A stretch of 63,853 bases of DNA, the filler included. It is 4 parts of 4 records of this genome, joined end to end, with 100 filler letters (N's around TTAATTAATTAA, not from the genome) between each part and the next. Parts side by side here need not be neighbours in the genome. Positions count along the whole stretch, not along the records: positions 1 to 25,144 come from DRR723986_6991; 3 more parts are not named here. The stretch is one strand, 5' to 3'. Both the position numbers and the translations under genes were made by a program. Shown here one piece after another: positions 9,273 through 19,777 of this stretch (positions within the stretch are counted from its first letter, which is position 1; every line of letters begins with the position of its first letter). The notes beneath the pieces are model-generated. The model saw only the letters and a list, made by a program, of their open reading frames with translations, searched no databases and was not told the DNA's origin.

Positions 9273-10216
9273 TCCTTGTTCCGTTCCCGGAAATGAAAAC
9301 TCTCGCGCGATCGCTCGCGCCTGCATTGGATGCAGATCTCTGTCCGCTCGACTGGCATCGCTTCCCCGACGGTGAAAGCCTGATGACCTTGCCGGACGAC
9401 ATGAGAGATGCCGATGTCGCGATACTGGCGACGCTTCGTGATCCTGACCGCCTGGCCCTGCCGCTGCGGTTCGCCGCACAGACGGCCCGAGAGCTGGGGG
9501 CCCGGAATGTCGGCCTGATCGCGCCCTATCTGGGATACATGCGACAAGACCGGCGCTTTCGCGATGGACAGGCCGTCAGCGCGAAGCTGTTCGCCGGATT
9601 TCTCGCCGAGAGTTTTGACTGGCTGGTGACGGTCGATCCCCATCTGCACCGCATTGCGCGGTTGGAGGATATCTTCTCAATCCCGGCCGAGCGTGTCGCG
9701 TCCGCCCCGCTTCTCGCCAAGTGGATCCGTACAAATCTGCCCGATGCCATACTCTTGGGACCTGACAGCGAAAGTCAGCAATGGGTTGCTGAAGTGGCCC
9801 GGCTTGCCGCACGGCCATACGAAGTCTTGCGAAAGATCAGGACCGGTGATCACGAGGTCGATATCAGCGTGCCGGAGAGCGCCGCTCTGCTTGAGGGCAC
9901 TCCGGTGATACTGGATGACATCGCGTCTTCCGGCAGGACGATGGCGCGCGCTGTCGAACAATTGCTTGCAGCCGGAACCGGTTCGCCGGTCTGTCTGGCG
10001 ATCCACGCGGTCTTTGCGGAAGGGGCCCATGACGTCATCATGTCGGCCGGGGCCGCACGGATCGTTACCACCGACACCATACCACACCCCTCCAATGCGA
10101 TCGGAACCGCCGCTGTGCTTGCCAAGTCACTTCGGTCATTTGTGTCGAGTCTTGACCTTCCAGCAAGTGGAAGGACTAGGTTGACACCGACTTGCTCCGA
10201 TAGGAATTCCCAATGA
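9269..10216 (+). CDS. prs: Ribose-phosphate diphosphokinase family protein
   Basis: [35 protein letters not shown] loop. Confidence 0.88.
   Translation: MILVPFPEMKTLARSLAPALDADLCPLDWHRFPDGESLMTLPDDMRDADVAILATLRDPDRLALPLRFAAQTARELGARNVGLIAPYLGYMRQDRRFRDGQAVSAKLFAGFLAESFDWLVTVDPHLHRIARLEDIFSIPAERVASAPLLAKWIRTNLPDAILLGPDSESQQWVAEVARLAARPYEVLRKIRTGDHEVDISVPESAALLEGTPVILDDIASSGRTMARAVEQLLAAGTGSPVCLAIHAVFAEGAHDVIMSAGAARIVTTDTIPHPSNAIGTAAVLAKSLRSFVSSLDLPASGRTRLTPTCSDRNSQ
10152..10182 (+). promoter_or_regulatory. CueR promoter-operator for the second ATPase, inside the prs 3' end
   Basis: TTGACC-19 nt-TAGGTT with ACCTTCC-N7-GGAAGG dyad. Confidence 0.85.
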
Positions 10217-12576
10217 CCGATCACACTCATCAATCCGCGCCCGAAACCGACATCTATGTTTGCCCGATGCACCCCGAGGTGCGGCAGAACGGTCCGGGCG
10301 ATTGCCCGAAATGCGGGATGCACCTTGTGCCGGAATCGGAGGCCGGTGCCCATGCAGGGCACGATCATCACGGGCATGAGCACCACGGGCACGACCACCA
10401 GTCAAGCGCAGCCCCGGCAGACGGCAGGTATGATACGGTCCCCGCCGAATATGACGGGGCCGTCTATACCTGTCCGATGCATCCGCAGGTTCGCCAGGTC
10501 GAACATGGCTCCTGCCCGATCTGCGGTATGGGGCTGGAGCTTGAGTCCGGCATCCCGGTGGAGGACGGCCCGAACCCCGAACTGGTAGATTTCACGCAGC
10601 GCTTCTGGGTTGGCTCGGTCCTGACCATCCCGCTTCTGATCCTCACCATGGGTCCCTATCTCGGCTTTCCCGGAGTGCGCGAGATATTCGGTGAGCGGGC
10701 AACCCTCTGGATCGAGCTGGTTCTCGGAACCCCAGTTGTCCTTTGGTGCGGCTGGCCGTTTCTGGTTCGGGGCTGGAATTCGTTCAAGACGATGAACCTC
10801 AACATGTTCTCCCTGATCGGCATGGGCGTGATGGCGGCCTGGCTATTCAGCGTCGTCGCTGTTCTCTCACCCGGCATATTCCCCGACGGGTTTCGCGACG
10901 CCGAAGGGCATGTCGGCGTCTATTTCGAGGCGGCGGCGGTGATCGTGACGCTGGTGCTGCTCGGCCAGGTGATGGAACTGCGCGCCCGTGAAGGAACCGG
11001 CAAGGCAATCCGCGCGCTGCTGGACATGGCGGCCAAGACCGCGCGGGTGATCCGGGACGATGGCTCCGAAGAAGAGATCCCGCTGGAGGATGTGCAAGTC
11101 GGCGACCGTCTGCGCGTGCGGCCCGGCGACAAGGTGCCGGTCGATGGCGTGGTTCTGGATGGCCGGTCCTCGGTCGACGAAAGCATGATCTCGGGTGAAC
11201 CCGTGCCGGTCGAGAAGACCGAGGGCGACCCGCTGACCGGTGCCACGATCAACGGCACCGGCAGCCTGGTGATGGAGGCGACGCGAGTCGGGTCCGACAC
11301 GATGCTGTCGCAGATCGTCGAGATGGTTTCGAACGCGCAACGCTCGCGGGCCCCGATCCAGAAATATGCCGACAAGGTGGCGGGTTTTTTCGTTCCGGCC
11401 GTGATCGGTATCGCGGTCCTGTCCTTCATTGCGTGGGCGATTTGGGGGCCAACACCGGCGCTGTCCTACGCCCTGATTTCGGCGGTGGCGGTTCTGATCA
11501 TCGCCTGTCCCTGTGCGCTCGGCCTTGCGACACCGATGTCGATCATGACGGCGACTGGGCGAGGCGCGCAGGCCGGGGTTCTGATCAAGAACGCCGAGGC
11601 GCTGGAGCGGTTTGAGAAGGTCGATACCCTTATTGTCGACAAGACGGGGACGCTGACGATGGGCAAGCCACAGCTTGTCGCCGTCCTCCCCGAGCCCGGT
11701 CACGACGAGGCCGAGGTTCTGCGTCTTGCCGCGTCGCTGGAACGCGGATCGGAGCACCCTCTGGCCGAAGCGATCGTGCGCGGCGCGGAGGAGCGTGACG
11801 TAAAAATGGCCAATGCCGACGATTTCGAGGCGGTTACCGGCAAGGGTGTCAAGGGTGTCGTGGACGGCCAGGCGGTCGCGCTCGGCAACCTGGCGATGAT
11901 CCGCGAACTGGGGCTGGAGGCGGGCGAGTTGACCGCCAAGGCCAATGACCGCCGCGACGAGGGCGAGACAGTGATGTTCGTGGTGCTGGATGGCGAGATC
12001 GCCGGTCTTGTCGCGGTCGCCGACCCGGTGAAGGAAACCACCCCCGCCGCGATCAAGGACCTGCACGAACTGGGGTTCCGCGTCATCATGGCGACCGGTG
12101 ACAACGAGCGCACCGCCAAGGCGATCGGCGCGCGGCTCGGCATCGATGAGATACGGGCCGATGTGCTGCCCGAGGACAAGGCGCGGATCATCAAGGAATT
12201 GCAGGCCGAGGGCCACAAGGTCGCCATGGCCGGCGATGGCGTGAACGATGCGCCCGCGCTGGCGCAGGCCGATGTCGGCATCGCCATGGGCACCGGCGCC
12301 GATGTGGCCATCGAAAGTGCGGGCATCACGCTGGTCAAGGGCAACCTCGACGGGATCGTGCGGGCGCGTCGGCTAGCGCGGGCCACAATGCGCAACATCC
12401 GCCAGAACCTGTTCTTTGCGCTGATCTACAATGCCTCCGGCGTGCCGGTCGCGGCGGGCGTTCTGTTTCCCTTCTTCGGCATCCTCATCAGTCCGATGTT
12501 TGCTGCCTTTGCAATGAGCGCCTCATCGATCTCAGTGGTGCTCAATTCACTGCGCCTTCGCGGCGCAAAGGTCTAG
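10213..12576 (+). CDS. Cu/Ag-translocating P1B-type ATPase (CopA/SilP-like)
   Basis: Two YxCPMHP...CPxCGM domains, His-rich linker, [20 protein letters not shown]. Confidence 0.96.
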   Translation: MTDHTHQSAPETDIYVCPMHPEVRQNGPGDCPKCGMHLVPESEAGAHAGHDHHGHEHHGHDHQSSAAPADGRYDTVPAEYDGAVYTCPMHPQVRQVEHGSCPICGMGLELESGIPVEDGPNPELVDFTQRFWVGSVLTIPLLILTMGPYLGFPGVREIFGERATLWIELVLGTPVVLWCGWPFLVRGWNSFKTMNLNMFSLIGMGVMAAWLFSVVAVLSPGIFPDGFRDAEGHVGVYFEAAAVIVTLVLLGQVMELRAREGTGKAIRALLDMAAKTARVIRDDGSEEEIPLEDVQVGDRLRVRPGDKVPVDGVVLDGRSSVDESMISGEPVPVEKTEGDPLTGATINGTGSLVMEATRVGSDTMLSQIVEMVSNAQRSRAPIQKYADKVAGFFVPAVIGIAVLSFIAWAIWGPTPALSYALISAVAVLIIACPCALGLATPMSIMTATGRGAQAGVLIKNAEALERFEKVDTLIVDKTGTLTMGKPQLVAVLPEPGHDEAEVLRLAASLERGSEHPLAEAIVRGAEERDVKMANADDFEAVTGKGVKGVVDGQAVALGNLAMIRELGLEAGELTAKANDRRDEGETVMFVVLDGEIAGLVAVADPVKETTPAAIKDLHELGFRVIMATGDNERTAKAIGARLGIDEIRADVLPEDKARIIKELQAEGHKVAMAGDGVNDAPALAQADVGIAMGTGADVAIESAGITLVKGNLDGIVRARRLARATMRNIRQNLFFALIYNASGVPVAAGVLFPFFGILISPMFAAFAMSASSISVVLNSLRLRGAKV

Positions 12577-12591
12577 AAATGGAAGACCAAC

Positions 12592-12855
12592 ATGAACAAT
12601 CACTCTGATCCGGCCAACGCCAATTGCGACCCGTCGGAATCACCTTCCCATACGCCGTCCTTTTGGCGGTCGCGTGCAGGCATCTACCTGATCGTTGCAC
12701 TGGTCGTCGGCGGTCTTCTGTTGGGCTACGAGCACCGCGTCCACATCCTTGGTAGCAATTGGCTCATTTGGCTGCCGCTACTGCTCTGCGTGGGCATGCA
12801 CTTCTTCATGCATGGGGGCCACGGCGGACATGGCGGAGGAGGAAATAGGACATGA
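12592..12855 (+). CDS. DUF2933-like small membrane protein
   Basis: EHRVH and LLLCVGMHFFMHGGHGGH. Confidence 0.8.
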   Translation: MNNHSDPANANCDPSESPSHTPSFWRSRAGIYLIVALVVGGLLLGYEHRVHILGSNWLIWLPLLLCVGMHFFMHGGHGGHGGGGNRT

Positions 12856-13508
12856 CCGATCCCGGAACCGCCTATGGCCTTTGGCTTCTGGTTTTCATCA
12901 ACTCCGCCGTCTTCATCATGTTTGCCTTCAGCTTCTTCAAGCCACAGACGTCAAGGGACTGGCGGAGTTTCGGGGCATTCAGCGCCTTCATCGTGGCCCT
13001 ATTCACCGAAATGTACGGGTTTCCCCTGACCATCTTCTTTCTGTCCGGCTGGCTTCAGTCAACCTGGCCAGATATCGACTGGTTTGCGCATGACAGCGGA
13101 CATCTACCTGAAATGATGTTCGGCTGGCAATCGAACCCTCATTTCGGCCCCTTCCATATCCTGAGTTTCGCCCTAATCGGAGGCGGTTTCTGGCTGATCT
13201 CTGTGGCTTGGCACCATCTGTGGTCGGCGCAAAGGCAAGGGCGGCTGGCCACGACAGGCCCTTATTCACACATTCGACACCCACAATATATGGGCTTCGT
13301 GGTGATCATGGCGGGCTTTCTCGTGCAATGGCCAACGCTGCTGACGCTTGCAATGTTCCCGGTGCTGGTCTGGATGTATGCACGTCTCGCCCGCGCCGAG
13401 GAGGCCGACAGCAAGTCGCGCTTCGGGGAAGCCTGGGATCGCTACGCCGAAACTGTTCCCGCATTCATTCCGCACCTGCGGTCGCGCCTGGTAAGCTCAA
13501 AAAGGTAA
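12852..13508 (+). CDS. Isoprenylcysteine carboxyl methyltransferase (ICMT/PEMT)-like membrane protein
   Basis: LATTGPYSHIRHPQY...EE...FGEAWDRY...VPAFIP; ALFTEMYGFP. Confidence 0.85.
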   Translation: MTDPGTAYGLWLLVFINSAVFIMFAFSFFKPQTSRDWRSFGAFSAFIVALFTEMYGFPLTIFFLSGWLQSTWPDIDWFAHDSGHLPEMMFGWQSNPHFGPFHILSFALIGGGFWLISVAWHHLWSAQRQGRLATTGPYSHIRHPQYMGFVVIMAGFLVQWPTLLTLAMFPVLVWMYARLARAEEADSKSRFGEAWDRYAETVPAFIPHLRSRLVSSKR

Positions 13509-13519
13509 CGGACAGAGGT

Positions 13520-14017
13520 ATGACAAGAACCAAGAAGAACGGAAACCCCGCGACAATGACCCGAAAGGCGATGGCGATTGCCTCCCTGTTCGCATTCGGA
13601 TTGGCAACTGGCCCATTGGCCCAGTCCGATGAGGAGGAAGCCGACCGACCAAGAGTCAACACCCAAATGCATGGCGACGCCGCCGGAGCGCCCGCACCCG
13701 ATCCAGATACCATCATCGTGCCGGAGACCCTGAGCGCGCCTTCATATTTTGGCCAGATCGCGTTCGAGCAAAACTGCGCATCGTGTCATGGTGAAAACGG
13801 AGCTGGCGGGACCGGCAACGGTCCGCCGCTGATCCATCCTATTTACGAACCTGGTCATCACACGGATGGGGCGTTCCTGCGGGCAGCGATGGCAGGCGTG
13901 CAGTCGCATCATTGGAATTTCGGCGATATGCCTGCTGTGGAAGGGGTCACGGAAGAAATGGTTGTATTGATCGTCAGCTACATCCGCGAATTGCAACGCG
14001 CCAACGGGATAGAATGA
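13520..14017 (+). CDS. Exported monoheme cytochrome c
   Basis: Signal-like N-terminus, CASCH, GPPL, HHWNFGDMP. Confidence 0.88.
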   Translation: MTRTKKNGNPATMTRKAMAIASLFAFGLATGPLAQSDEEEADRPRVNTQMHGDAAGAPAPDPDTIIVPETLSAPSYFGQIAFEQNCASCHGENGAGGTGNGPPLIHPIYEPGHHTDGAFLRAAMAGVQSHHWNFGDMPAVEGVTEEMVVLIVSYIRELQRANGIE

Positions 14018-15114
14018 TGGCAAGACGCCCCGACCCGCCGCCGGTGCAAGGAACCGTCGTGCTGATCGGTGGCACGGGCGATGTCGGCGGGCGACTGGTC
14101 CGGTTGCTGGTCGACCATACGGCAGCCCGCATACTGCTGGTTTCGCGCAGCGGTGTTGTGTCAGGTGATCGTGTCGAGGCGCTGCGGCTTGATATCGCCG
14201 GGAAGGACGCCGCTGGAAAGCTGCCGCCTGGCGCGACGGTGGTAAACCTAACCGAAGCTACGCCCCGATCGGTCGCGGCCGAAGTGGTCCGCAACGGCGG
14301 GAGTTTCCTCGAGACCTCGGCGTCCCCGGATTACCTGAAGGCGCTACGACAGGACGTTCTGGTCGCTGGAGGTACGGGCACCGCAATCCTCTGCGTCGGG
14401 GCCGCGCCCGGCCTCAGCACCTTGATGGCAGCCGAACTCCTGCGCGATACAGAGGCTGAAAAGGTCGACATCGGATTGGAACTCGGCATGGGCCGGCACT
14501 ATGGACAGGCCGCGACGGAATGGTCGATCGGTTCCCTCAGCTTCCCATATCGGCTGTCCGGTTCCGGAAACGCCTTTGTTGCGCCCGGAGCCCTCCGTCG
14601 CTCGTTTGCTTTCGGGCGGGGCTGTCGGGCGCGTCCAGCGCTTGGGATCGGCCTTGCAGTGGATGGTTTCGCGGATGGTTCGGGCAGCGGCCCCGCTGCC
14701 CTTGTCCGTACCTTCCTGGCGATCGATCCGCCTTTCGTGACGCGCGCTGTTGGACTGCTCTTACGGCTCGGTCTCGGTCCGGTGCTGTCGCGGCGCAAAC
14801 GCGGCGTGACGCGGGCCTTGAGGCGGCTGCCGGAACTGGGTCAGGCGCGCACCCGGATCGTTGTCGAGGTGCGGGATCCGGACGGCAGCGTCGTTGCCTC
14901 GCGTCATGTTTCTGCCGGCGATCAGGCCGAAGTGACGGCGGCGATGATCCTCGCCACGATCCGCGCATTGTCGGCGGCGGACAGGCCGATGCCCGGCCTG
15001 TCGTCCATCGTCGATCACCTGACATTTGCCGGGGCGCTGAACGATCTCCGCCTCCTCCTGCCGGGCATGGCAGTCGAGACCTGGTCGACCGGGCGAATTG
15101 GAGGAAAACCGTGA
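14014..15114 (+). CDS. Saccharopine-dehydrogenase-like NAD(P)-binding oxidoreductase
   Basis: GGTGDVG Rossmann motif, GAAPGLS; ATGA overlap with the cytochrome gene. Confidence 0.7.
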   Translation: MMARRPDPPPVQGTVVLIGGTGDVGGRLVRLLVDHTAARILLVSRSGVVSGDRVEALRLDIAGKDAAGKLPPGATVVNLTEATPRSVAAEVVRNGGSFLETSASPDYLKALRQDVLVAGGTGTAILCVGAAPGLSTLMAAELLRDTEAEKVDIGLELGMGRHYGQAATEWSIGSLSFPYRLSGSGNAFVAPGALRRSFAFGRGCRARPALGIGLAVDGFADGSGSGPAALVRTFLAIDPPFVTRAVGLLLRLGLGPVLSRRKRGVTRALRRLPELGQARTRIVVEVRDPDGSVVASRHVSAGDQAEVTAAMILATIRALSAADRPMPGLSSIVDHLTFAGALNDLRLLLPGMAVETWSTGRIGGKP

Positions 15115-17180
15115 ACCGCACCAGGAACGTCTTGCGGTTGGCCCGGATTGCTGTCGGCCTGGCGAAAGATGTCTGGACGCTCCGGCGATATGATCCGGCC
15201 AGCGGCGACACTGGTGCACCGGATCGGTTCGCGCAAAACCTGCTCGCACTGGGGCCGGTTTTCGTCAAGCTTGGCCAGATCCTCAGCACCCGCCCCGATA
15301 TTCTGCCCGAAAGCTATGTCGCGCGGCTTGCGGAATTGCAGGAGCGTGCGCCCCATGTGGATTTCGCCACGGTGCGGCGCATCGTCGAGGATGAGCTGGC
15401 AACGCCGCTTGAAACCGCCTTTGCCAGCTTCGAGGCCGAACCCGCCGCCGCCGCGTCCCTGGCCCAGGTACACAAGGCAAGCCTGGCGGATGGCACGGCG
15501 GTCGCGGTCAAGGTGCAGCGATCAGGGCTGGAGCCGCTGTTCCACCGCGATCTCGACGCGCTCGACCTTGGGCTGAGGATCGCGCGACTGGTGCTGCCGC
15601 GCCGTCTTCGGCGCACGAATTTGTCGGCGTTCCTCTCGGAGTTTCGGCGCTACTCGCTGGCCGAACTCGATTTTCGCGCCGAGGCGGCTGTCATGGACCG
15701 GTTTCGCGGGAACCTCGCCGGGCAGGACCGCATCCGAATTCCAAGACCCTATCCCGACCATGTGACAGCCCGCGTGCTGACCATGGATTGGGTCGATGGC
15801 CTGCGCCTGTCCGAGGTCTCGGCCGCCCTTCCCGAACAAACCCGGTCCGCACTGGTCGAGGCGCTTGTGTCGATGCTGCTGAAAATGTTCGTGTCGGACG
15901 GGCTGTTTCACGCAGACCTGCATCCCGGCAATATCGTCTTTCATGCCGACGGCACGGTGACACTGCTCGATTTCGGCATGTATGGTGAGCTGAACGCAGC
16001 GCAGCGCGACCGCTTCGTGCTGTACTGGATGGCCGTGGCACAGCGGCAGACCCGGCGCGCCTATCACCATTTCAGCGCGCAGACCGAAGCCCTTCCTGGC
16101 GCCGATCACGCGCTGTTCCGGCAAAAATTCGAGGGGCTTGCGGCAAAATTCTACGCGGCCCCGTCGCGCGAGGCCAGTCTTGCGCGAACCTATCTTGCAA
16201 TGATGCGCGCAGGCTACCGCGCCGGTTTCGTATTCCCTGCCTCCCTCATGCTCCATGCCAAGGCGCTGACCACTGCGGAGGCGCTGCTGTTCGTGCTGGC
16301 GCCCGACGCACGGTTCGACGATTTGTCGCGCCCGTTCATCGCGCGCGAGGTCGCCGCGCGTCTGGCATCCAGTGACCCCTTGGGGCGCCTTGCGCAGGTG
16401 CTTCCCGAGCTACTGCTTACAGGCGCCCTGCCGCCCGCCGAGGCGATTGACGAGACCTGGGACGATTCCGCAAGCCGCAAAATGGGGAGTGGAATCCTTG
16501 AGGCTGTCATCCCATCCGGCGAGGGAATTGGCCGTGCCGCGCTGACGAAGCTTTTTAGTCACGTCGCCCTGCGGCATCTGGGAAAGGAGACCGACTCGAT
16601 CCTCTCGGACAGCTGGGCGGGCTATGAAGGGCTTGAACGCGACCTTCCGCTGGAGCCGAACGCTGGCGCTATCCTGACAACGCATCTTGCCGCCCTGACG
16701 CTTGCGCTGCACCGAACGCTGGTCGCGCGAGGGCGGTCAGAGGCGCAGAGCCATGAGATCATCCATGCGATCGGATGGGACATCTACGATCGGATGGCCG
16801 ATCCGCCGTTCGAGATCGCCCGCGCCATCACCACCGATCCTACCAAGCGAATGCGCATCGCAACGGGCCTGTTTCGCCGTTTCCCCTTTGGACCACCGGC
16901 CTATGGCTGGCGCGACATCGAGGCGGGTGGCAACGTCGTCGCCTTCGACTGCACGAAATGCCCGGTGGCCGAGTTCTTCGCGGCCCATGAGGCCTCGTCG
17001 CTGTGCACAGCAACATGGTGCGCACTCGATTTCCCGGTGGCCGGAAAATGGGGTGGGCAATTGGTGCGTCCAAAGACCATTGCCGGGGGCCACGATCATT
17101 GTGATTTCAGGTGGCATACCTTGCCACTGTTGGACAAAAACGAAACCGGAGAGGCAGCTGAGGATGCAGGACAAGGATAG
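15111..17180 (+). CDS. ABC1/UbiB atypical kinase fused to a C-terminal ATC-hydrolase-like Cys domain
   Basis: GTG after GGAGG; FVKLGQ, AAASLAQVH, VAVKVQ, HADLHPGN, LDFG; C-terminal FDCTKCP...CALD...TIAGGHDHCDFRW. Confidence 0.85.
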   Translation: MNRTRNVLRLARIAVGLAKDVWTLRRYDPASGDTGAPDRFAQNLLALGPVFVKLGQILSTRPDILPESYVARLAELQERAPHVDFATVRRIVEDELATPLETAFASFEAEPAAAASLAQVHKASLADGTAVAVKVQRSGLEPLFHRDLDALDLGLRIARLVLPRRLRRTNLSAFLSEFRRYSLAELDFRAEAAVMDRFRGNLAGQDRIRIPRPYPDHVTARVLTMDWVDGLRLSEVSAALPEQTRSALVEALVSMLLKMFVSDGLFHADLHPGNIVFHADGTVTLLDFGMYGELNAAQRDRFVLYWMAVAQRQTRRAYHHFSAQTEALPGADHALFRQKFEGLAAKFYAAPSREASLARTYLAMMRAGYRAGFVFPASLMLHAKALTTAEALLFVLAPDARFDDLSRPFIAREVAARLASSDPLGRLAQVLPELLLTGALPPAEAIDETWDDSASRKMGSGILEAVIPSGEGIGRAALTKLFSHVALRHLGKETDSILSDSWAGYEGLERDLPLEPNAGAILTTHLAALTLALHRTLVARGRSEAQSHEIIHAIGWDIYDRMADPPFEIARAITTDPTKRMRIATGLFRRFPFGPPAYGWRDIEAGGNVVAFDCTKCPVAEFFAAHEASSLCTATWCALDFPVAGKWGGQLVRPKTIAGGHDHCDFRWHTLPLLDKNETGEAAEDAGQG

Positions 17181-18492
17181 AAGCGACACCTTCCGCGAAG
17201 GCTCGATCACCCTGGGCGGTGCTGTCGCGATGGGAACGGGCGTGATGATAGGCGCGGGCATCTTTGCGCTGACTGGGCAGATCGCTCAACTTGCCGGACC
17301 GCTCTTTCCGCTGGCCTTCATCGCGGGCGCAATGGTGACCGGCTTCAGCGCCTACAGCTACATCCGGATGTCGAACAAATGGCCATCCTCGGGCGGGATC
17401 GCGATGATCCTGCAAAAATGCTATGGCCCCGGCGCGGTTGCGGCAGGAGCCGCCCTGCTGATGGCTTTGAGCATGGTGATTGCCGAAAGCCTCGTGGCAC
17501 GGACGTTCGCAACCTACGTCCTGCGTGCCTTTGACATCGAGGTCGGGCCGCTGGTGCCGATCCTCGCCGTGGGCGTCATCGTCTTCGCTTTCCTCGTGAA
17601 CATCGCCGGCAACCGGTCGGTCGGGGTTTTCTCGCTGATCATGGCGGCGATCAAGATCGGCGGCATCGGATTGTTCGGAATCGCCGCGATCTGGTCCAGC
17701 GGCTTTCAGTTCGCGGCCGCGTCCGAGACCGTGCAGGACTACGGCGTGATCAGCTTCATTGCATCCGTGGCGTTCGCGATCCTGGCTTTCAAGGGCTTCA
17801 CCACCATTACCAACAGCGGATCCGAAATCACCGAACCGCACCGCAATGTGGGTCGGGCCATCGTGCTTTCCATCGGGATCTGCGTGGCAGTCTATCTGCT
17901 TGTTGCCTTCGGTGTCGGCTCGAGCCTGACCATCGACGAGATCGTCGCCGCACGGGATTATTCGCTCGCCGAGGCCGCTGAACCCGCCCTGGGGCAAACC
18001 GGCTTCTTTCTGACCGTGATCCTGGCGGCGGTGGCAACGGCCTCCGGCGTGCTCGCCAGCGTGTTCGCCGTGTCGCGGATGCTGGCGATGTTGACGGAAA
18101 TGAAGATGATTCCGCATCGGCATTTCGGAATGTCCGGCCCGATCCAGCGGCATACGCTGGTCTACACCGTTGTCATCGCGTCCCTGCTGGCAGTGTTCTT
18201 CGACCTTGGTCGGATCGCTTCGCTCGGTGCCTTTTTCTACCTGGTCATGGACATGGCCGTGCACTGGGGCGTGTTCCGCTACCGGCGAAAGGAGATCGGT
18301 GCCTCTGGCTTGGTGCTGCTTGCGGCACTGGCGTTCGATGCCGTGGTGCTGGTGGCTTTCACGGCGATGAAACTTCAGAGCGATCCGCTCATCGTGCTCT
18401 ATGCCATTGGCGGCATCGCCGCTGTCTTCACATTCGAACGGATCTACCTGTCGCGGTGGCTGGCACCCCGGCAGGCCACGCATGACCACTGA
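17164..18492 (+). CDS. APC-family amino acid permease
   Basis: GTGVMIGAGIF, FAILAFKGF, many TM segments. Confidence 0.9.
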   Translation: MQDKDRSDTFREGSITLGGAVAMGTGVMIGAGIFALTGQIAQLAGPLFPLAFIAGAMVTGFSAYSYIRMSNKWPSSGGIAMILQKCYGPGAVAAGAALLMALSMVIAESLVARTFATYVLRAFDIEVGPLVPILAVGVIVFAFLVNIAGNRSVGVFSLIMAAIKIGGIGLFGIAAIWSSGFQFAAASETVQDYGVISFIASVAFAILAFKGFTTITNSGSEITEPHRNVGRAIVLSIGICVAVYLLVAFGVGSSLTIDEIVAARDYSLAEAAEPALGQTGFFLTVILAAVATASGVLASVFAVSRMLAMLTEMKMIPHRHFGMSGPIQRHTLVYTVVIASLLAVFFDLGRIASLGAFFYLVMDMAVHWGVFRYRRKEIGASGLVLLAALAFDAVVLVAFTAMKLQSDPLIVLYAIGGIAAVFTFERIYLSRWLAPRQATHDH

Positions 18493-18586
18493 TATTTGCC
18501 GGCGCGACAGCAGACCGGCAGAGGCCGGACCGGAAAGGACAACGTCCCGGCAACGACAGCCTGCAAGGTCACGACAGGGCTCCAAT

Positions 18587-19228
18587 TCATGCCTGGAGCG
18601 CGCGAATCAAGGCGGCCAATGCGGTCAACGCCAGGACGGAAAACCCGAACATCACCACCGCGACAAGTACATATCCCGATCGGCCGGCAACTCTCCGCGC
18701 CAACCCGCCAAGTCTGTCTGAACTCTCGAGCGCGGTGACATAAAGCGGGAGAGCGCTCACCAGCGTGGCATAGAGATAGACGCCGGAGATGTTCTCGAAA
18801 AGGACCGAACGCGCCAAAGTCGGCGCCACGACCCGAAGCGCGGTCGCGCGGCTTCCTCCAAAGGAATCGAACCAGTCGGCCGACACAACATAGATCACGG
18901 CATGCAATGCGATGAAGCCGACAACGCGGACCGGCATATCCACGAGGAGCACAAGCTTGATCCCGTAGCGCTGGTCCGGCTTCGAGACGATCCACGCATA
19001 CAGGAAGAAACTCACGTAGTTTACGGCAAAGACAACCGGCAGACCGTTGGTAATGACCTGCCGCATGAACCTGTCGAGCGGAGGTCCACCGCCAACCAAC
19101 ATGGCACTAAATCCCGGTGTCAACGCAACGAAGGCCAGTAGCGGAGGCACCATGGCGAGCAGGCTGAAGATGAATGTGTTTCGCACGAAATGGACGGCGG
19201 ACATCTCAATGGCGAAGTATTTTTGCAT
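18587..19228 (-). CDS. Hypothetical integral membrane protein
   Basis: Open frame with several hydrophobic segments from MQKYFAIEM. Confidence 0.6.
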   Translation of the reverse strand: MQKYFAIEMSAVHFVRNTFIFSLLAMVPPLLAFVALTPGFSAMLVGGGPPLDRFMRQVITNGLPVVFAVNYVSFFLYAWIVSKPDQRYGIKLVLLVDMPVRVVGFIALHAVIYVVSADWFDSFGGSRATALRVVAPTLARSVLFENISGVYLYATLVSALPLYVTALESSDRLGGLARRVAGRSGYVLVAVVMFGFSVLALTALAALIRALQA

Positions 19229-19777
19229 AATTGCCAATCTTCCACGCTCAACGGTCAAACGTCGATGGCACGTGCTGAGCGAAGAGAGAAGTTTTTCCCG
19301 TTTTGGAGGATCGGAGCATTTCCGAACCCGGTGGCCCCTCTTGCGCACAGCGCATGTCGGGCGTGCTTTCAGGGTGTTTACCCGATTTGATGATCATGCA
19401 GAGACTTGCCGCCGCAATAAGCTGGAATGAGCGCTTGTGTGGCAGCGCGTAAACATCATCCCACTAGAGACTGTATTTGTCAGGCAGGTTGAGCGGTCCA
19501 TTTGTGGCGAGCTTTGCACATGGCGTTTGCGATATAAGGGCGCTTAGACGATGGCGACTGAGTCAGGAAACTGCACGGCTCGAGTTAGAAATGACGGAAC
19601 AGTTGGATACTTGAACCAGCCTTTCAGAACCAACTCAGAAAGCCCCCCAGGAACCGCCCGCAAGCTGTTCACGCAGTCCCAACCACATTTTATAGCTCAG
19701 GCCCGAATTTGCCTACATGCGGGTTCCGCAAGCGCATTGAGGTTTCCTTGATCCTAACGCGCACTGCCGCCCGCGGA

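Noticed and set aside
14520-15110. Upstream extension making the kinase 886 aa
   Set aside because: Overlaps the reductase gene in another frame; GGAGG plus GTG at 15111 is the credible start
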